A stretch of DNA of 63,791 bases, counting the filler, from Octopus bimaculoides (taxonomy: Eukaryota), in NCBI RefSeq assembly GCF_001194135.2. It is 7 parts of 6 records of this genome, joined end to end, with 100 filler letters (N's around TTAATTAATTAA, not from the genome) between each part and the next. Parts side by side here need not be neighbours in the genome. Positions count along the whole stretch, not along the records: positions 62,727 to 63,791 come from NW_026339426.1; 6 more parts are not named here. One strand, given 5' to 3'. The notes under the pieces are model-generated. The model was given only the letters and a program-made list of their open reading frames with translations, was not told the DNA's origin and made no database searches. Shown here one piece after another: positions 62,918-63,791 of this stretch (the first letter of the stretch is position 1; every line of letters begins with the position of its first letter). Both the position numbers and the translations under genes were made by a program.

Positions 62918-63061
62918 GGATGGATGGTCACGGTTGGAATGCCTTGTGGTGAGAGTTCCGTTAATTTGATCGGTCTTCACCTGAGTTTTCAACAACAATA
63001 ACAACAGTAACACACCAACGCTTGTTGAATCCGTTTCAGGCCAACACTGTTGAATTAAAGC

Positions 63062-63123
<62 letters not shown>

Positions 63124-63365
63124 ATATTTACTTCTACTACTAACACTACTACTATTACTAATATATTTACTACTACAACCATTACTACTACAACTACTTT
63201 TGCTACTACAACCGCTACTACTTGTATCAGCGTTGTGACAACCAATACTACCACCACCACCACTACTACTACTACTACAGCTACTACTACTGCTACTACT
63301 ACTACTGCTACTACTACTACTACAGCTGCTGCTGCTGCTGCTGCTATTTCTACTAGTACTAATAC
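63062..63365. repeat. Degenerate (CTA)n/(GCT)n tract
   Basis: Direct reading; gives the poly-T/A ORF at 63022. Confidence 0.92.
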
Positions 63366-63791
63366 TACAGTTATCTAACGTACTAAAAAAATAGACCAGT
63401 AAACAAACAACAACAATAATCGAAAAAAGAAACAGAAAAAGAAAAAGAAAGGAAGAAAGAGAGAAAGAAGAGGAGAGAGTAAAGGACCGACTCGGCGATG
63501 CTCGTGTGTGTGTGTGTGTGTGTGTGTGTAGGCTTGTAAGGTTGGAGGTGTCGCATTAGAGTGGTTTGTTTGTAGAGGTGGGTGCTGGTTGTAGTGGAGA
63601 GCTGGTTAGTTACTTGCTAGCTCGCTTGATTGCTTCCTTGCTTGCTTGGTGGTCAACGAAAGCCAATTGAAGGCAAAAGCCCTGGACAATTAATATATAA
63701 CCGACACGATCAACAGTTATTAAGGTAAGGCTCACTTGTTTTTTGTCTTTCATTTTTACGTGTTCATGGATATAGAAATATATATATATAT

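Noticed and set aside
63640-63730. Strong donor AAG|GTAAGG near the window end
   Set aside because: No matching acceptor or start; cannot be assigned.

Overview
Eukaryotic, AT-rich, repeat-saturated draft-assembly DNA with many N gaps. The tRNA-derived SINE families and microsatellite density point to a coleoid cephalopod, most likely Octopus (inference). Only one host coding feature is well supported: the first coding exon (40367-40450, +) of a sorting nexin SNX1/SNX2 orthologue (MADEREPPPL...). No PX/BAR exon was recognised in the remaining 23 kb. The rest is mobile DNA: four recurring SINE families with swapped heads and tails, five Tc1/mariner fragments, a decayed Gypsy element with 3' LTR, RTE and RLE-type LINE relics, a Penelope-like ORF relic, MITEs and microsatellites. 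The most interesting items are (i) four Penelope-type hammerhead ribozyme motifs, three with an unusually long helix II and one with an intact core; (ii) an internally deleted Ginger-like transposon with CCGG target-site duplications that splits a SINE; (iii) two bipartite RTE derivatives, one with a possible HDV-like ribozyme relic; (iv) a 71-bp inverted SINE hairpin in the presumed SNX intron; (v) a head-to-head telomeric-repeat insert. I do not see a convincingly new multi-gene system. Almost all ORFs in the supplied track are microsatellite, SINE or N-gap artefacts.
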